A stretch of 64,000 bases of DNA. Source: Clostridia bacterium (GTDB lineage: Bacteria > Bacillota > Clostridia > UMGS1840 > HGM11507). Under the pieces are notes generated by a model. That model saw nothing but the letters and a program-made list of their open reading frames with translations, ran no database searches and had not been told where the DNA came from. The stretch covers positions 23,994-87,993 of the forward strand of contig JAFQLQ010000003.1 of NCBI GenBank assembly GCA_017414505.1, read 5' to 3'. Of this stretch, positions 55,386 to 64,000 are shown in pieces; position 1 is the stretch's first letter, and each line of letters begins with the position of its first letter. The position numbers and the translations under genes were made by a program.

Positions 55386-56525
55386 ATGAATATTTTAACT
55401 AATGAAGAAAAAATTTGGGTAGATTCTCAATGGGAAAAGCTTGATAAAAAGCTCAGTAAAATTGCTGTACGCTCCAGAGAAAAAATACCTTTTCATTCCA
55501 CAGATTTTATGCACGATAACAGAGGCGGAGAATTAATCCATTTATGGACAAACGGTTTCTGGCCGGGACTTATGTGGTTAATGTATATCGGAACAAAGAA
55601 TGACGAATACAAAAAAACGGCGGAAACAACCGAAAAATGGTTGGATGAAGCAATGTCAACTCCTGAAAGACTTGGCCACGATGTTGGTTTTATGTGGCGT
55701 CTTGCTTCCGGACCGCATTATGAAATTGATAAAAATCAGGAATCCTGGAACCGTATGCGCAGAGCAGCCAACGTGCTTATGGCAAGATATAATCCTGCAG
55801 GCGGATTTATAAGAGCCTGGAACTGGGGCGCAACAAAGGGTGAAAAAGCAGGCTGGACAATTATTGATACTATGATGAATCTTCCTTTGTTATATTGGGC
55901 ATCTTTACAGGACGAGGATCCAAGATTTAAAATGGCGGCTATGAACCATACCGATAAAGCTATGACTTCTCATGTTCGTCCAGATGGAAGTGTAAGACAC
56001 GTTGTAAAGCACGATCCCTTTACAGGCGAGTTTATTGGAGAAGATGAAACTGCGTGCCAGGGATACGGCGTAGATTCTTCATGGTCGAGAGGTCAAGCTT
56101 GGGCACTTTACGGCTTTATTCTTGGATATATTCATACCGGTAAGCAGGAGTATCTTGATACTTCCAAGCGTGTAGCACATTATTTTATTGCAAATGTATG
56201 TAAAGACTGGCTTCCAAGAGCCGATTTCAGAAGTCCTGCAGAACCTGTTTATTACGATACAAGCGCAGCCGGTTGTGCAGCTTGCGGACTTATTGAAATA
56301 GCAAAAATTGTTCCTGAGTTTGAAAAAAGAATGTATCTTGATGCTGCGATAAGTATTCTTAAAGCGACAGAACAATTTGCAGACTGGACAACCGATACGG
56401 ATTATATTATCGGTATGGCTTCCGGAGCATACAATAACGAGCAAAATAGTAATTTTATATTTGCTGATTATTATTACGCAGAAGCTATATATAAGTTAAA
56501 AGGTTTTGAACCGCTTTTCTGGTAA
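55386..56525 (+). CDS. ugl: GH88 unsaturated glucuronyl hydrolase
   Basis: Block-by-block match to Bacillus sp. GL1 UGL, including both catalytic Asp contexts (GHDVGF, TIIDTMMNLPLL), plus SWSRGQAWALYGF and ADYYYAEA. Confidence 0.9.
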   Translation: MNILTNEEKIWVDSQWEKLDKKLSKIAVRSREKIPFHSTDFMHDNRGGELIHLWTNGFWPGLMWLMYIGTKNDEYKKTAETTEKWLDEAMSTPERLGHDVGFMWRLASGPHYEIDKNQESWNRMRRAANVLMARYNPAGGFIRAWNWGATKGEKAGWTIIDTMMNLPLLYWASLQDEDPRFKMAAMNHTDKAMTSHVRPDGSVRHVVKHDPFTGEFIGEDETACQGYGVDSSWSRGQAWALYGFILGYIHTGKQEYLDTSKRVAHYFIANVCKDWLPRADFRSPAEPVYYDTSAAGCAACGLIEIAKIVPEFEKRMYLDAAISILKATEQFADWTTDTDYIIGMASGAYNNEQNSNFIFADYYYAEAIYKLKGFEPLFW

Positions 56526-56536
56526 AACAATGTGTG

Positions 56537-56579
56537 GGTGTGAATAAGGAATGTTACCTATTCACACCTTATTTTATTT
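56537..56579 (+). terminator. Rho-independent terminator after GH88
   Basis: GGTGTGAATA (56537-56546) pairs with TATTCACACC (56559-56568), then TTATTTTATTT. Confidence 0.7.
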
Positions 56580-56723
56580 GAATGAGAAAGCTGTAATAAG
56601 ATGCATAGTTTTATTATATTAGTTTTTTTCATATTATATTATTTATTTACTCTTGTTTAAAAGGTTAAAAATGTTTTATAATTATAGCATGATAATGTAA
56701 AAAAATGAATGGAGGAATTTTTA

Positions 56724-58295
56724 ATGAACAAAAAATTAATGGCGGCAGTCGCTTTTATTGCGGCTACAGGCATGGTTTTAGGCGGATGCGGAAAAAAGGA
56801 AGAAAGTTCTGCACCTCAGGGTGAAATTATTCTGGCAGAAGACGGAACCATATATCCTATGTCTGCTTCGGAAGGAGAATTAAGTCTTTCTGTTTTCACA
56901 CCTATCGACAGTGAAACTGAAAAAATAAAATACTGGAGTGAAGCAACAGGTGTTAAGCTTGAATTTGCTTCTTCCAAAGCCAGTGAAGCTCTTTCTTTAA
57001 TGCTTGCTTCAAACGATTTATCCGATGTAATTATTGCAGACCTTGCTACACAGCCGGGTGGTGTACAAAAATATGCTGATGATGGCGTAATAGTTGATAT
57101 TACAGAGCATATTGATGAATACGCTCCAAATCTTAAGGCGTGGTTTGATAAGGATGAAACCATCAGAAAAATGGCTACAACAGATGACGGTAAGCATTAT
57201 TTCTTCCCCTGTATAAGAGCAGAAGCAGTTTTAAGATCCTACAGAGGATTTGTTGCAAGAAAAGATTTACTTGATAAATACGGTCTTACTGAGCCCGAAA
57301 CCATTGAAGAGTGGGAAAATGTTTTAAAAACCTTTAAAGATAACGGAATGTCAGCACCATTGTCATATGATATGACTGCTTTTGAGCCGGCTGGCGGATT
57401 TATGTCTGCATATGGTGTTATTCCTAATTTCTATCTGGAAAACGGTGAAGTTAAATACGGATACCTTGAAGACGGTATGAAGGAAGCGTTGAAAACACTT
57501 TCAAGATGGTATTCCGAAGGTTTGCTTGACAAAGATATTATAAATGCTTCAAGCAATCAGGATTTAAACCTTACAAATAACAAAACAGGTATGACATTCC
57601 TTACCTCCGGCGGCGGAATGGGTAAATATTTAAGACCTCACAACGGCGGCGATGAATCCTTTGACCTTGTTGGCTTAAAGCTTCCTGTTCTTAACAAAGG
57701 TGACAAGCCGAAATTCAGTTCATCAACATTCCCGATTACTACTGCAAACAACGGTTTTATAACTTCTCAGTGTGAAAATATTGAGCTTGCAATGCGTTTC
57801 CTTGATTTTGGTTATTCCGAAGAAGGAAATATGCTTATGAACTTCGGTAAGGAAGGCGTAAGTTATGAAATGGTAGACGGTTATCCCAAATATACCGAGC
57901 TTATTATGAACAATCCTGACGGAAAATCTGTTGGTGATACCATGACAGAATATTTCTTCTCAAACTGGGCAGGACCCTTCGCGCAGGATGTTCGTTACAT
58001 AGAGCAGTACAATCAGTTCCCGCGTCAGCAGGAAGCTTTAAAGCTTTGGGGTGAAATGATGACAATGGAATCCACAATGCCTCAGGTTACATTTACAACT
58101 GAAGAAACTGCAAAAATCAGTTCTATTATGAATAACATCAATACCTGTGCAAACGAAAATATGTTTAAATTTATTATGGGTATAAAATCAGTTGATGCTG
58201 ACTATGAAGCATTTGTTGCTGAACTTAAAGCTTTCGGAATTGACGAAGCTATAGAAATTTACAAAGCGGCTCTTACAAGATACAACAACCGTTAA
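56724..58295 (+). CDS. Extracellular solute-binding lipoprotein of a carbohydrate ABC importer (LplA-like)
   Basis: Lipobox LGGC after the signal peptide. About 520 aa of the large SBP type. Followed by LplB/LplC-type permeases. ATG 56724 follows GGAGGA. Confidence 0.85.
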   Translation: MNKKLMAAVAFIAATGMVLGGCGKKEESSAPQGEIILAEDGTIYPMSASEGELSLSVFTPIDSETEKIKYWSEATGVKLEFASSKASEALSLMLASNDLSDVIIADLATQPGGVQKYADDGVIVDITEHIDEYAPNLKAWFDKDETIRKMATTDDGKHYFFPCIRAEAVLRSYRGFVARKDLLDKYGLTEPETIEEWENVLKTFKDNGMSAPLSYDMTAFEPAGGFMSAYGVIPNFYLENGEVKYGYLEDGMKEALKTLSRWYSEGLLDKDIINASSNQDLNLTNNKTGMTFLTSGGGMGKYLRPHNGGDESFDLVGLKLPVLNKGDKPKFSSSTFPITTANNGFITSQCENIELAMRFLDFGYSEEGNMLMNFGKEGVSYEMVDGYPKYTELIMNNPDGKSVGDTMTEYFFSNWAGPFAQDVRYIEQYNQFPRQQEALKLWGEMMTMESTMPQVTFTTEETAKISSIMNNINTCANENMFKFIMGIKSVDADYEAFVAELKAFGIDEAIEIYKAALTRYNNR

Positions 58296-58313
58296 TTTAT
58301 TGGAGGAATACTA

Positions 58314-59285
58314 ATGGCAACCGATGTTAAAAACATCACAAAAAGGGAGAAGCGTAAGGCTTCTCCCGATAAAAAGCCCTGGATAGTACGGTTCGGCAGA
58401 GATATAAAAATGCACAAGGGTGCATATATGCTGGCATTGCCGGTAATCCTTTTTTATATTTTGTTTTGCTATAAGCCTATGGGCGGACTTATTATTGCAT
58501 TTAAAAATTATGCACCTATAAAGGGTATATGGGGAAGTTCGTGGGCAGGATTTTCTCATTTTGAGGATTTTCTAACAAATCCTTACTTCTGGCGATTAAT
58601 GAAAAATACGCTTACAATCAGTATAAGCAGTCTTATTTTTTCATTTCCTGCACCTATTATTCTTGCACTTTTACTTAACGAAGTCAGAAACAAACTGTTT
58701 TTAAGAGGCTCTCAGATGATAATGTATTTACCGCATTTTATCTCTTTGGTGGTCATCTGCGGTATGGTTATTCAGTTTACCGGTTCTGACGGAATTATAA
58801 ATGATTTCCTTGCTATATTCGGTGTTGAAAGAAAATCCTTCCTTAACTATCCTGAATATTTTGTACCTGTTTATATAATTTCTGATATTTGGGCAGGTAT
58901 CGGCTGGGGATCAATTATCTATATGGCAGCACTTACCGGAATTGACAGCTCACTTTACGAAGCAGCAGTAATTGACGGTGCCGGAAGATGGAAACAGACT
59001 ATTTATGTAACTCTTCCCGGCATACTTCCGACAATCATTGTTATGTTCCTTATGAGAGTTGGTCAGCTTTTATCGGTAGGCTATGAAAAAATAATTTTGC
59101 TTTATAACCCGCTTACATACGAAACTGCTGATATTATTTCCACTTACGTTTACCGTAAGGGTTTGCTTGAGCAGAGCTACAGCTTTTCTTCGGCGGTAGG
59201 TTTGTTTAATTCCATAATCAGCTTTATTCTTTTAACCTTTGCAAACGGTATGAGTAAACGCTTGGGTGAAGGTTCGTTATGGTAA
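58314..59285 (+). CDS. Carbohydrate ABC transporter permease (LplB-type)
   Basis: Multi-TM protein with EAA-loop-like AALTGIDSSLYEAAVIDGAGRW. Confidence 0.85.
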   Translation: MATDVKNITKREKRKASPDKKPWIVRFGRDIKMHKGAYMLALPVILFYILFCYKPMGGLIIAFKNYAPIKGIWGSSWAGFSHFEDFLTNPYFWRLMKNTLTISISSLIFSFPAPIILALLLNEVRNKLFLRGSQMIMYLPHFISLVVICGMVIQFTGSDGIINDFLAIFGVERKSFLNYPEYFVPVYIISDIWAGIGWGSIIYMAALTGIDSSLYEAAVIDGAGRWKQTIYVTLPGILPTIIVMFLMRVGQLLSVGYEKIILLYNPLTYETADIISTYVYRKGLLEQSYSFSSAVGLFNSIISFILLTFANGMSKRLGEGSLW

Positions 59286-59318
59286 AAAATAATATCAGAG
59301 TAAGGAAGTGGTAAAAAT

Positions 59319-60173
59319 ATGAAAATTACAACAGGTCAGCGGATATTTTCAGTATTTAATTACATATTTATAACATTTCTTGTAATTGTTACTCTTTATC
59401 CGTTCTGGCATATAGTTATGGCGTCTTTCAGTAATTCTTATGAACTTATGGCACATTCAGGATTGCTTTTAAAGCCTGTTGGCTTCAGCCTGCAATCCTA
59501 TAAGCTTGTTTTAAGCGATAACGCTGTTATAAGAGGCTTTATTAACACAGTTATTCTGCTTATAACAAAAAATACGCTTTCTATTTTGCTTACGCTTTTC
59601 GGAGCTTATGTTCTTTCAAGAAAGCTTATGATTACACCTGTTATGTCGTTTATGGTAGTTGTAACAATGTTCTTCAGCGGAGGTCTTATCCCTACATATC
59701 TTAATGTTCGTTCTCTGGGACTTGATAACTCCTTTGGAGCATTGATTTTTCCAACTGCTATAAGCACATTCAATCTTATTATTTTAAGAACTGCGTTTTA
59801 CGGCGTTCCCGACAGTCTTGAAGAAGCCGCACATCTGGACGGAGCGGGGGATTTAAGAATTCTTTTTGAAATTCTTGTTCCGCTTATTCTTCCGTCGATT
59901 ATGGTTGTTGCACTTTACTATATTGTTGGCGTGTGGAACTCGTGGTTCGAGGCAAGTATTTATTTAAGAGACCGAAAGTTGTTCCCGTTACAACTTATTC
60001 TGCGAGAAGTACTTGTTGAAAAACAAATAAATATGGACAGCGATTCGGAAACAACGGCAGAAAGCATTCAGTATGCAATTATGACGGTTTCAACTGTACC
60101 GGTTCTTATATTCTACCCGTTTATGCAGAAGTATTTTGTAAAAGGTGCAACTGTTGGTGCGGTAAAAGGTTAA
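59319..60173 (+). CDS. Carbohydrate ABC transporter permease (LplC-type)
   Basis: Multi-TM protein with EAA loop LEEAAHLDGAGDLRI. Confidence 0.85.
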   Translation: MKITTGQRIFSVFNYIFITFLVIVTLYPFWHIVMASFSNSYELMAHSGLLLKPVGFSLQSYKLVLSDNAVIRGFINTVILLITKNTLSILLTLFGAYVLSRKLMITPVMSFMVVVTMFFSGGLIPTYLNVRSLGLDNSFGALIFPTAISTFNLIILRTAFYGVPDSLEEAAHLDGAGDLRILFEILVPLILPSIMVVALYYIVGVWNSWFEASIYLRDRKLFPLQLILREVLVEKQINMDSDSETTAESIQYAIMTVSTVPVLIFYPFMQKYFVKGATVGAVKG

Positions 60174-60188
60174 ATAAAGGAGGCAAAT

Positions 60189-63100
60189 ATGAAAACAAAA
60201 AAAATTATTACTCTTCTTTTGACATTTGCAATAGCGATTGGCAGTTTTATAACAGTATTTGCAGCATTTGACCTTGACGACGGCGGCCCGGATGAAGCTG
60301 CGGCTGATGAAACGGTTTTTAATGTAATTGATTTTAATTCATTATCCGATATTACGAATGCCAAAGCTATTCCGTCTACAGAGCACACTGTAAGCGGAAA
60401 TAAATTTTCCGCATTGTGGGAGCACAGCTCTGCAGGAAGTCTTGATTTTAAAAACATTCCTAGAGACTGGTCGGATTATTATGTTATGAAATTTTCGGTT
60501 TATGGAGAAAATACAGCCGGTGCACAGTTCAAGCTTGTTTGCGTGTGCGATACAGGATATTTTTCTACAACGATTGAGATGAAAAACGGTCAGAATGATT
60601 TTGAATTAAGCTTCAGTGATATGGCCGCACAGTCAGGTTCGGACTGGAAAGAGATGAGCTATGTTCGTCTTAGTGCAACGGGCTGGGGAATGACACCCAC
60701 TTTTAATGCGAAATTCTATATCAACAATTTTTCTCTGGAAAAGCTGGCTGACGATATGCAGAGACTTTATAAAGGCTCTGTCATAGAAAATGTATATGAT
60801 TCGCTTGAAAACGGTGTTGCTGTATACGCAGAAAGCAATCAGATTTTAAAAGGCGAAAATCTTACACAGTTTGCAGGCACACAGTATAAAGATGAAATTT
60901 TAACTGTTCCGGCAACTGTGTTCAGTGAATATCTTGGTGCGCATTCAAGCGGAACTGAAAAAATTTCCATAAATACCGATAGTAATACCGTTGTTGTTAC
61001 TCCCGAAAGTACGGAATACACACATAACGGCAAAACCGGTAATTTTAAAACCAAGGTTTATAAAGACGGTGAAAATGTTTATGTTCCTGCAATGGAAGTT
61101 GCAGAATTACTTGAATATGAAACCAAGAAAGACAGAAAATTACTTTTAATAGGTGACGAAAAAATCAGAAACTTCGACTCCTATGAAAAACAGAACGATA
61201 TGCTGGAATTTGCAGGATATATGGTTTACCACATTGATGTGGATCCTGCAACAATTACAACGGAGGATTTTAAAGAACTTAAAGACCGCTGGAGATACAA
61301 TATTGTAGCCGACGAAAATATTGACTTAAATGATCCCGATTTTGCCAAAATTGCACAGCAGGTAGGTGCAGCAGGAAATGCTTCGTGGGCAATTTTCAAA
61401 AAGGATGCCCCCCATGGTTCGTTATTCTTTGATGCAAAGCCTACCGCATCGAGCGGAATGAGTTCAGAATATCAGCATATTCTGCGTATGGCAAAGGCGT
61501 GGGCTCAGTACGGTTCAGAAGTATATCATAACGAACAGCTTAAAAATGATATTCTTTATGCTTTGGAATGGATGTACGAAAACCGTTACGGTCTTGACGA
61601 AATTGCAAATAATGAAAATGCATGGCGTGACCATACCCTTACAAACTGGTATGACTGGCAGATTGCCTCACCTCAGTATTTAGTTGATATTCTTATGCTT
61701 ATGGAGGAACATCTTACTGCAGAACAGAAGGATAATTACTTAAAATTCTTCCGTTATTGGGTATACGAGCGTTGTTATCAGTCAATGTTTAAGGATGCAG
61801 GTATGAACGTACTTTATACTGCAGAAATCTGGATTGGTACAGAACTTTTAAGAGAGGATGCAACATCAGCCATTGAAGCTGTAAGCTCACTTCATAACAC
61901 ATTCTCCTGGGCGGATAACTTTAATACTCACGAAGGTTTCTTTACCGACGGTTCTTGTATTTTCCATTATAAGCATCCTATGACAGGACAGTACGGTATT
62001 GCTCAGTTTGAAGCATCGGGCGGAATTTTATCCGTTTTAGATGGAACAAAGCTTGAATTCAGAAATCCCAGAAAAGAAAACATATTTGACTGGGCAATTG
62101 ATGCTTATGAACCTCTTATTTTTGACGGTGCATTGTTCAGAATAGGCGGAAGAAATCATACTGCAAACAATCATTCACAAGGACGTCAATGGATAAAAGG
62201 TATGATTGATTTGCTTGATTTTGCAGATACAGATACATATAAACGTTTTGGCGGAATTATAAAATATATGGTAGCAACCGATAAATCTGTTAGCTGGAAC
62301 GATTCGTCCTTTACCATTCCTCAAATGGTAAGACTGAAAAAAGTTCTTGCAGATGATTCTATTGAAATAAGACCTAATTATTATATAGGTAAAGTTTATC
62401 ACAATATGGATAAGGTTGTAAATCAGCGTAAAAAATGGGCGGCATTCATTTCAATGTCCTCAACCAGAGTATACGATTACGAATCGTTACACTTTGAAAA
62501 TACCAAGGGATGGTATCTGGCAGACGGATTTACTCAGATTATGGTAGAAAATGACCCGACACAGTTTAATCCTGCATATTTCAGTACAGTTGATCCCTAT
62601 AAATATCCGGGAACAACCCTTGATACACAGGAAAGAGCGGCACACAGTATTGCAACCGGTAAAGCGTTTGTTAAGGACTTTGATGATGTCGGCGGTGTAG
62701 AGTTTGATAAAATGTATACAGTGGCTGCACAGCACCTTAATACCTTTCATCTTGCAGAACGTATTAAGCAGGGTGCACCGAGCAGCGAATACATCGAACC
62801 TCATAATTCTACTATGGTTGCAAGAAAATCCTGGTTCACATTTGATGATGAAATGGTATGTCTTGGTTCTGATATAAGTGCCAACGAAGGCTTTGAAGTA
62901 AGAACCATTGTTGAAAACAGAAGAAACAGCATTCAGGTTTCTGTTATTCCCGAAGAGGAAACTACTCCTGAATATGATGTTGTCGGAGTTGAAGCAAGTC
63001 AGACTCCTCAGAGTGAAAATACTCCCGAAAACACGCTTGACGGTGATTTTGGAACAAAATGGGCAGGCGATGGATTATCCCATATTATCTACGATTTAGG

Positions 63101-64000
63101 CGAAGTTAAAGAGCTTGGATTTGCCGGATTCTCATTTATGAGCGGTCATAAGAGAACTCAGAAAATTGATATTGAGCTATCTTCGGACGGAATTAACTGG
63201 AAACAGATGTTTGCAGGAAATTCCGGAGGAAAAACCGAAGGAATAGAACTTTTTGATATGAAAGGTGAAAAATGCAGATATATTAAGCTTGTAAGCTATG
63301 GCAACTCTGATGGTGGCGGTTGGATAAGCTTAACAGAAGCTCAGTTCTATCCTGTAAACAAATCCGGTAAAGGTGTAATAGCTCCTGTATATCTTGCAGG
63401 TGAAAAATTTATTGCAAACGGTACCGAACAGCCTGTTTTACCGGGCGAAAAGAAGATTGAAAATGTTTCCTATGCACATCTTGCAAACTTTGGCGGATAT
63501 TATTTCCCGGAAACTTCAACCATAACAACCAACAGAACAGAGGGTGCAACAAGCTTCTTTGAAATCTGGTTAAGTCACGGAATAAATCCGAAAGCAGGAA
63601 CATATTCTTATGTCCTTCTTCCTTCTATGTCCGCAGAAGATACTGCATCATACGCAGTAAATCCCGATATAGAAGTTCTTATCAATAATTCCAATGTTCA
63701 GTCGGTTTACGATAAGAGTACAGGCATTACCGGAATTGTATTCTGGAAAGAGGGTACATTCAACGGAATAAGCGTTAATCAGCCTATGGTTATGATGTAT
63801 CGGGAAAAAGACGGTAAGCTTGAGCTTTCAGTTGCTGATACAACTCATAAGCTTAACGAAGCAACAATTACCTTTAATAAAAAGCTTGTTGCGGATGAAA
63901 ATCTTGATTACCGTATGGGCCTTGACAGTACAGGCAAAAAGCTTAATATTATTTTTAACAGCTCAAGAGGAGCAAGTATTGCAAGCGATTTTACGGTTGA
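60189..64000 (+). CDS. Secreted multidomain polysaccharide lyase family 8 (hyaluronate / chondroitin AC / xanthan lyase type); 3' end lies outside the window
   Basis: Hand translation from ATG 60189 (AAGGAGG SD, signal peptide MKTKKIITLLLTFAIAIGSFITVFAA) stays open for 1270 codons to the window end. PL8 catalytic contexts TNWYDWQIASP (Asn) and FTDGSCIFHYKHPMTGQYG (His, Tyr), plus ENTKGWYLADG...STVDPYKYPGTT. Absent from the ORF track because it has no stop codon. Confidence 0.85.
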   Translation, partial: MKTKKIITLLLTFAIAIGSFITVFAAFDLDDGGPDEAAADETVFNVIDFNSLSDITNAKAIPSTEHTVSGNKFSALWEHSSAGSLDFKNIPRDWSDYYVMKFSVYGENTAGAQFKLVCVCDTGYFSTTIEMKNGQNDFELSFSDMAAQSGSDWKEMSYVRLSATGWGMTPTFNAKFYINNFSLEKLADDMQRLYKGSVIENVYDSLENGVAVYAESNQILKGENLTQFAGTQYKDEILTVPATVFSEYLGAHSSGTEKISINTDSNTVVVTPESTEYTHNGKTGNFKTKVYKDGENVYVPAMEVAELLEYETKKDRKLLLIGDEKIRNFDSYEKQNDMLEFAGYMVYHIDVDPATITTEDFKELKDRWRYNIVADENIDLNDPDFAKIAQQVGAAGNASWAIFKKDAPHGSLFFDAKPTASSGMSSEYQHILRMAKAWAQYGSEVYHNEQLKNDILYALEWMYENRYGLDEIANNENAWRDHTLTNWYDWQIASPQYLVDILMLMEEHLTAEQKDNYLKFFRYWVYERCYQSMFKDAGMNVLYTAEIWIGTELLREDATSAIEAVSSLHNTFSWADNFNTHEGFFTDGSCIFHYKHPMTGQYGIAQFEASGGILSVLDGTKLEFRNPRKENIFDWAIDAYEPLIFDGALFRIGGRNHTANNHSQGRQWIKGMIDLLDFADTDTYKRFGGIIKYMVATDKSVSWNDSSFTIPQMVRLKKVLADDSIEIRPNYYIGKVYHNMDKVVNQRKKWAAFISMSSTRVYDYESLHFENTKGWYLADGFTQIMVENDPTQFNPAYFSTVDPYKYPGTTLDTQERAAHSIATGKAFVKDFDDVGGVEFDKMYTVAAQHLNTFHLAERIKQGAPSSEYIEPHNSTMVARKSWFTFDDEMVCLGSDISANEGFEVRTIVENRRNSIQVSVIPEEETTPEYDVVGVEASQTPQSENTPENTLDGDFGTKWAGDGLSHIIYDLGEVKELGFAGFSFMSGHKRTQKIDIELSSDGINWKQMFAGNSGGKTEGIELFDMKGEKCRYIKLVSYGNSDGGGWISLTEAQFYPVNKSGKGVIAPVYLAGEKFIANGTEQPVLPGEKKIENVSYAHLANFGGYYFPETSTITTNRTEGATSFFEIWLSHGINPKAGTYSYVLLPSMSAEDTASYAVNPDIEVLINNSNVQSVYDKSTGITGIVFWKEGTFNGISVNQPMVMMYREKDGKLELSVADTTHKLNEATITFNKKLVADENLDYRMGLDSTGKKLNIIFNSSRGASIASDFTV

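Noticed and set aside
56601-56660. 19-codon hydrophobic mini-ORF (MHSFIILVFFILYYLFTLV) in the leader of the SBP gene
   Set aside because: AT-rich sequence translates to F/I/L/Y by default. An open frame of this length is not statistically unusual, and the SD is weak.
637-56723. N-terminal extensions in the ORF track (starts at 637, 2171, 12885, 14915, 24700, 27398, 36264, 40538, 42539, 44395, 44966, 47104, 50968, 56709)
   Set aside because: In each case a downstream ATG or TTG has a properly spaced SD, begins a signal peptide or conserved N-terminus, or removes an implausible overlap. The shorter coordinates were used instead.
60170-63603. Short ORFs offered by the track in this region (60170-60457, 60839-61054, 62175-62402, 62487-62804, 63409-63603 on the minus strand; 62908-63099 on the plus strand)
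   Set aside because: All are antisense or out of frame relative to the 1270-codon open PL8 reading frame, which explains the whole region.
1-64000. Scan for CRISPR arrays, rRNA/tRNA genes, IS elements, integrases and prophage modules
   Set aside because: No spaced direct-repeat arrays were found. No non-coding gap exceeds about 200 nt, and no transposase, integrase or phage-like translation was recognised. A by-eye scan cannot exclude small ncRNAs.

Overview
Densely coding, low-GC chromosomal window of about 60 CDS. I recognised no rRNA, tRNA, CRISPR array, transposase or integrase. It fits a spore-forming Clostridia-type Firmicute best (dpaAB, an SLH-anchored surface protein, AddAB, alr-mazEF). 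Left part: the tail of a BMP-type (nucleoside-like) ABC importer, dipicolinate synthase, and a gap-free minus-strand string araC-adh-[EF-G/Tet(M)-like GTPase fused to a Rae1/YacP NYN RNase]-dus-heterodimeric ABC exporter. Housekeeping genes follow (fhs, tsaE, tsaB, rpiB, upp, fucU, ferritin, alr-mazEF, nnr, tex, a pseudouridine synthase). Centre: a translationally coupled triad directly upstream of addBA, made of a DUF5685-like protein, a J-domain protein ending in a cysteine string, and a polytopic membrane protein. Right part (about 43-64 kb): an accessory carbohydrate locus. It holds two beta-lactamase-fold serine hydrolases, a 2-hydroxyacid dehydrogenase, tandem DUF2264-like paralogues, a TIM-barrel plus carbon-nitrogen-hydrolase fusion, a membrane-spanning AraC one-component regulator, a GH88 unsaturated glucuronyl hydrolase and a lipoprotein-type ABC importer. 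It ends with a large PL8 polysaccharide lyase ORF that runs off the 3' end and is therefore absent from the supplied ORF track. The best candidates for something undescribed are the GTPase-NYN fusion, the DUF5685/J-protein/membrane triad, and the DUF2264 x2 + TIM/CN-hydrolase block attached to the GH88/PL8 locus. All family assignments come from reading the translations and motifs by eye; no database search or computation was run.
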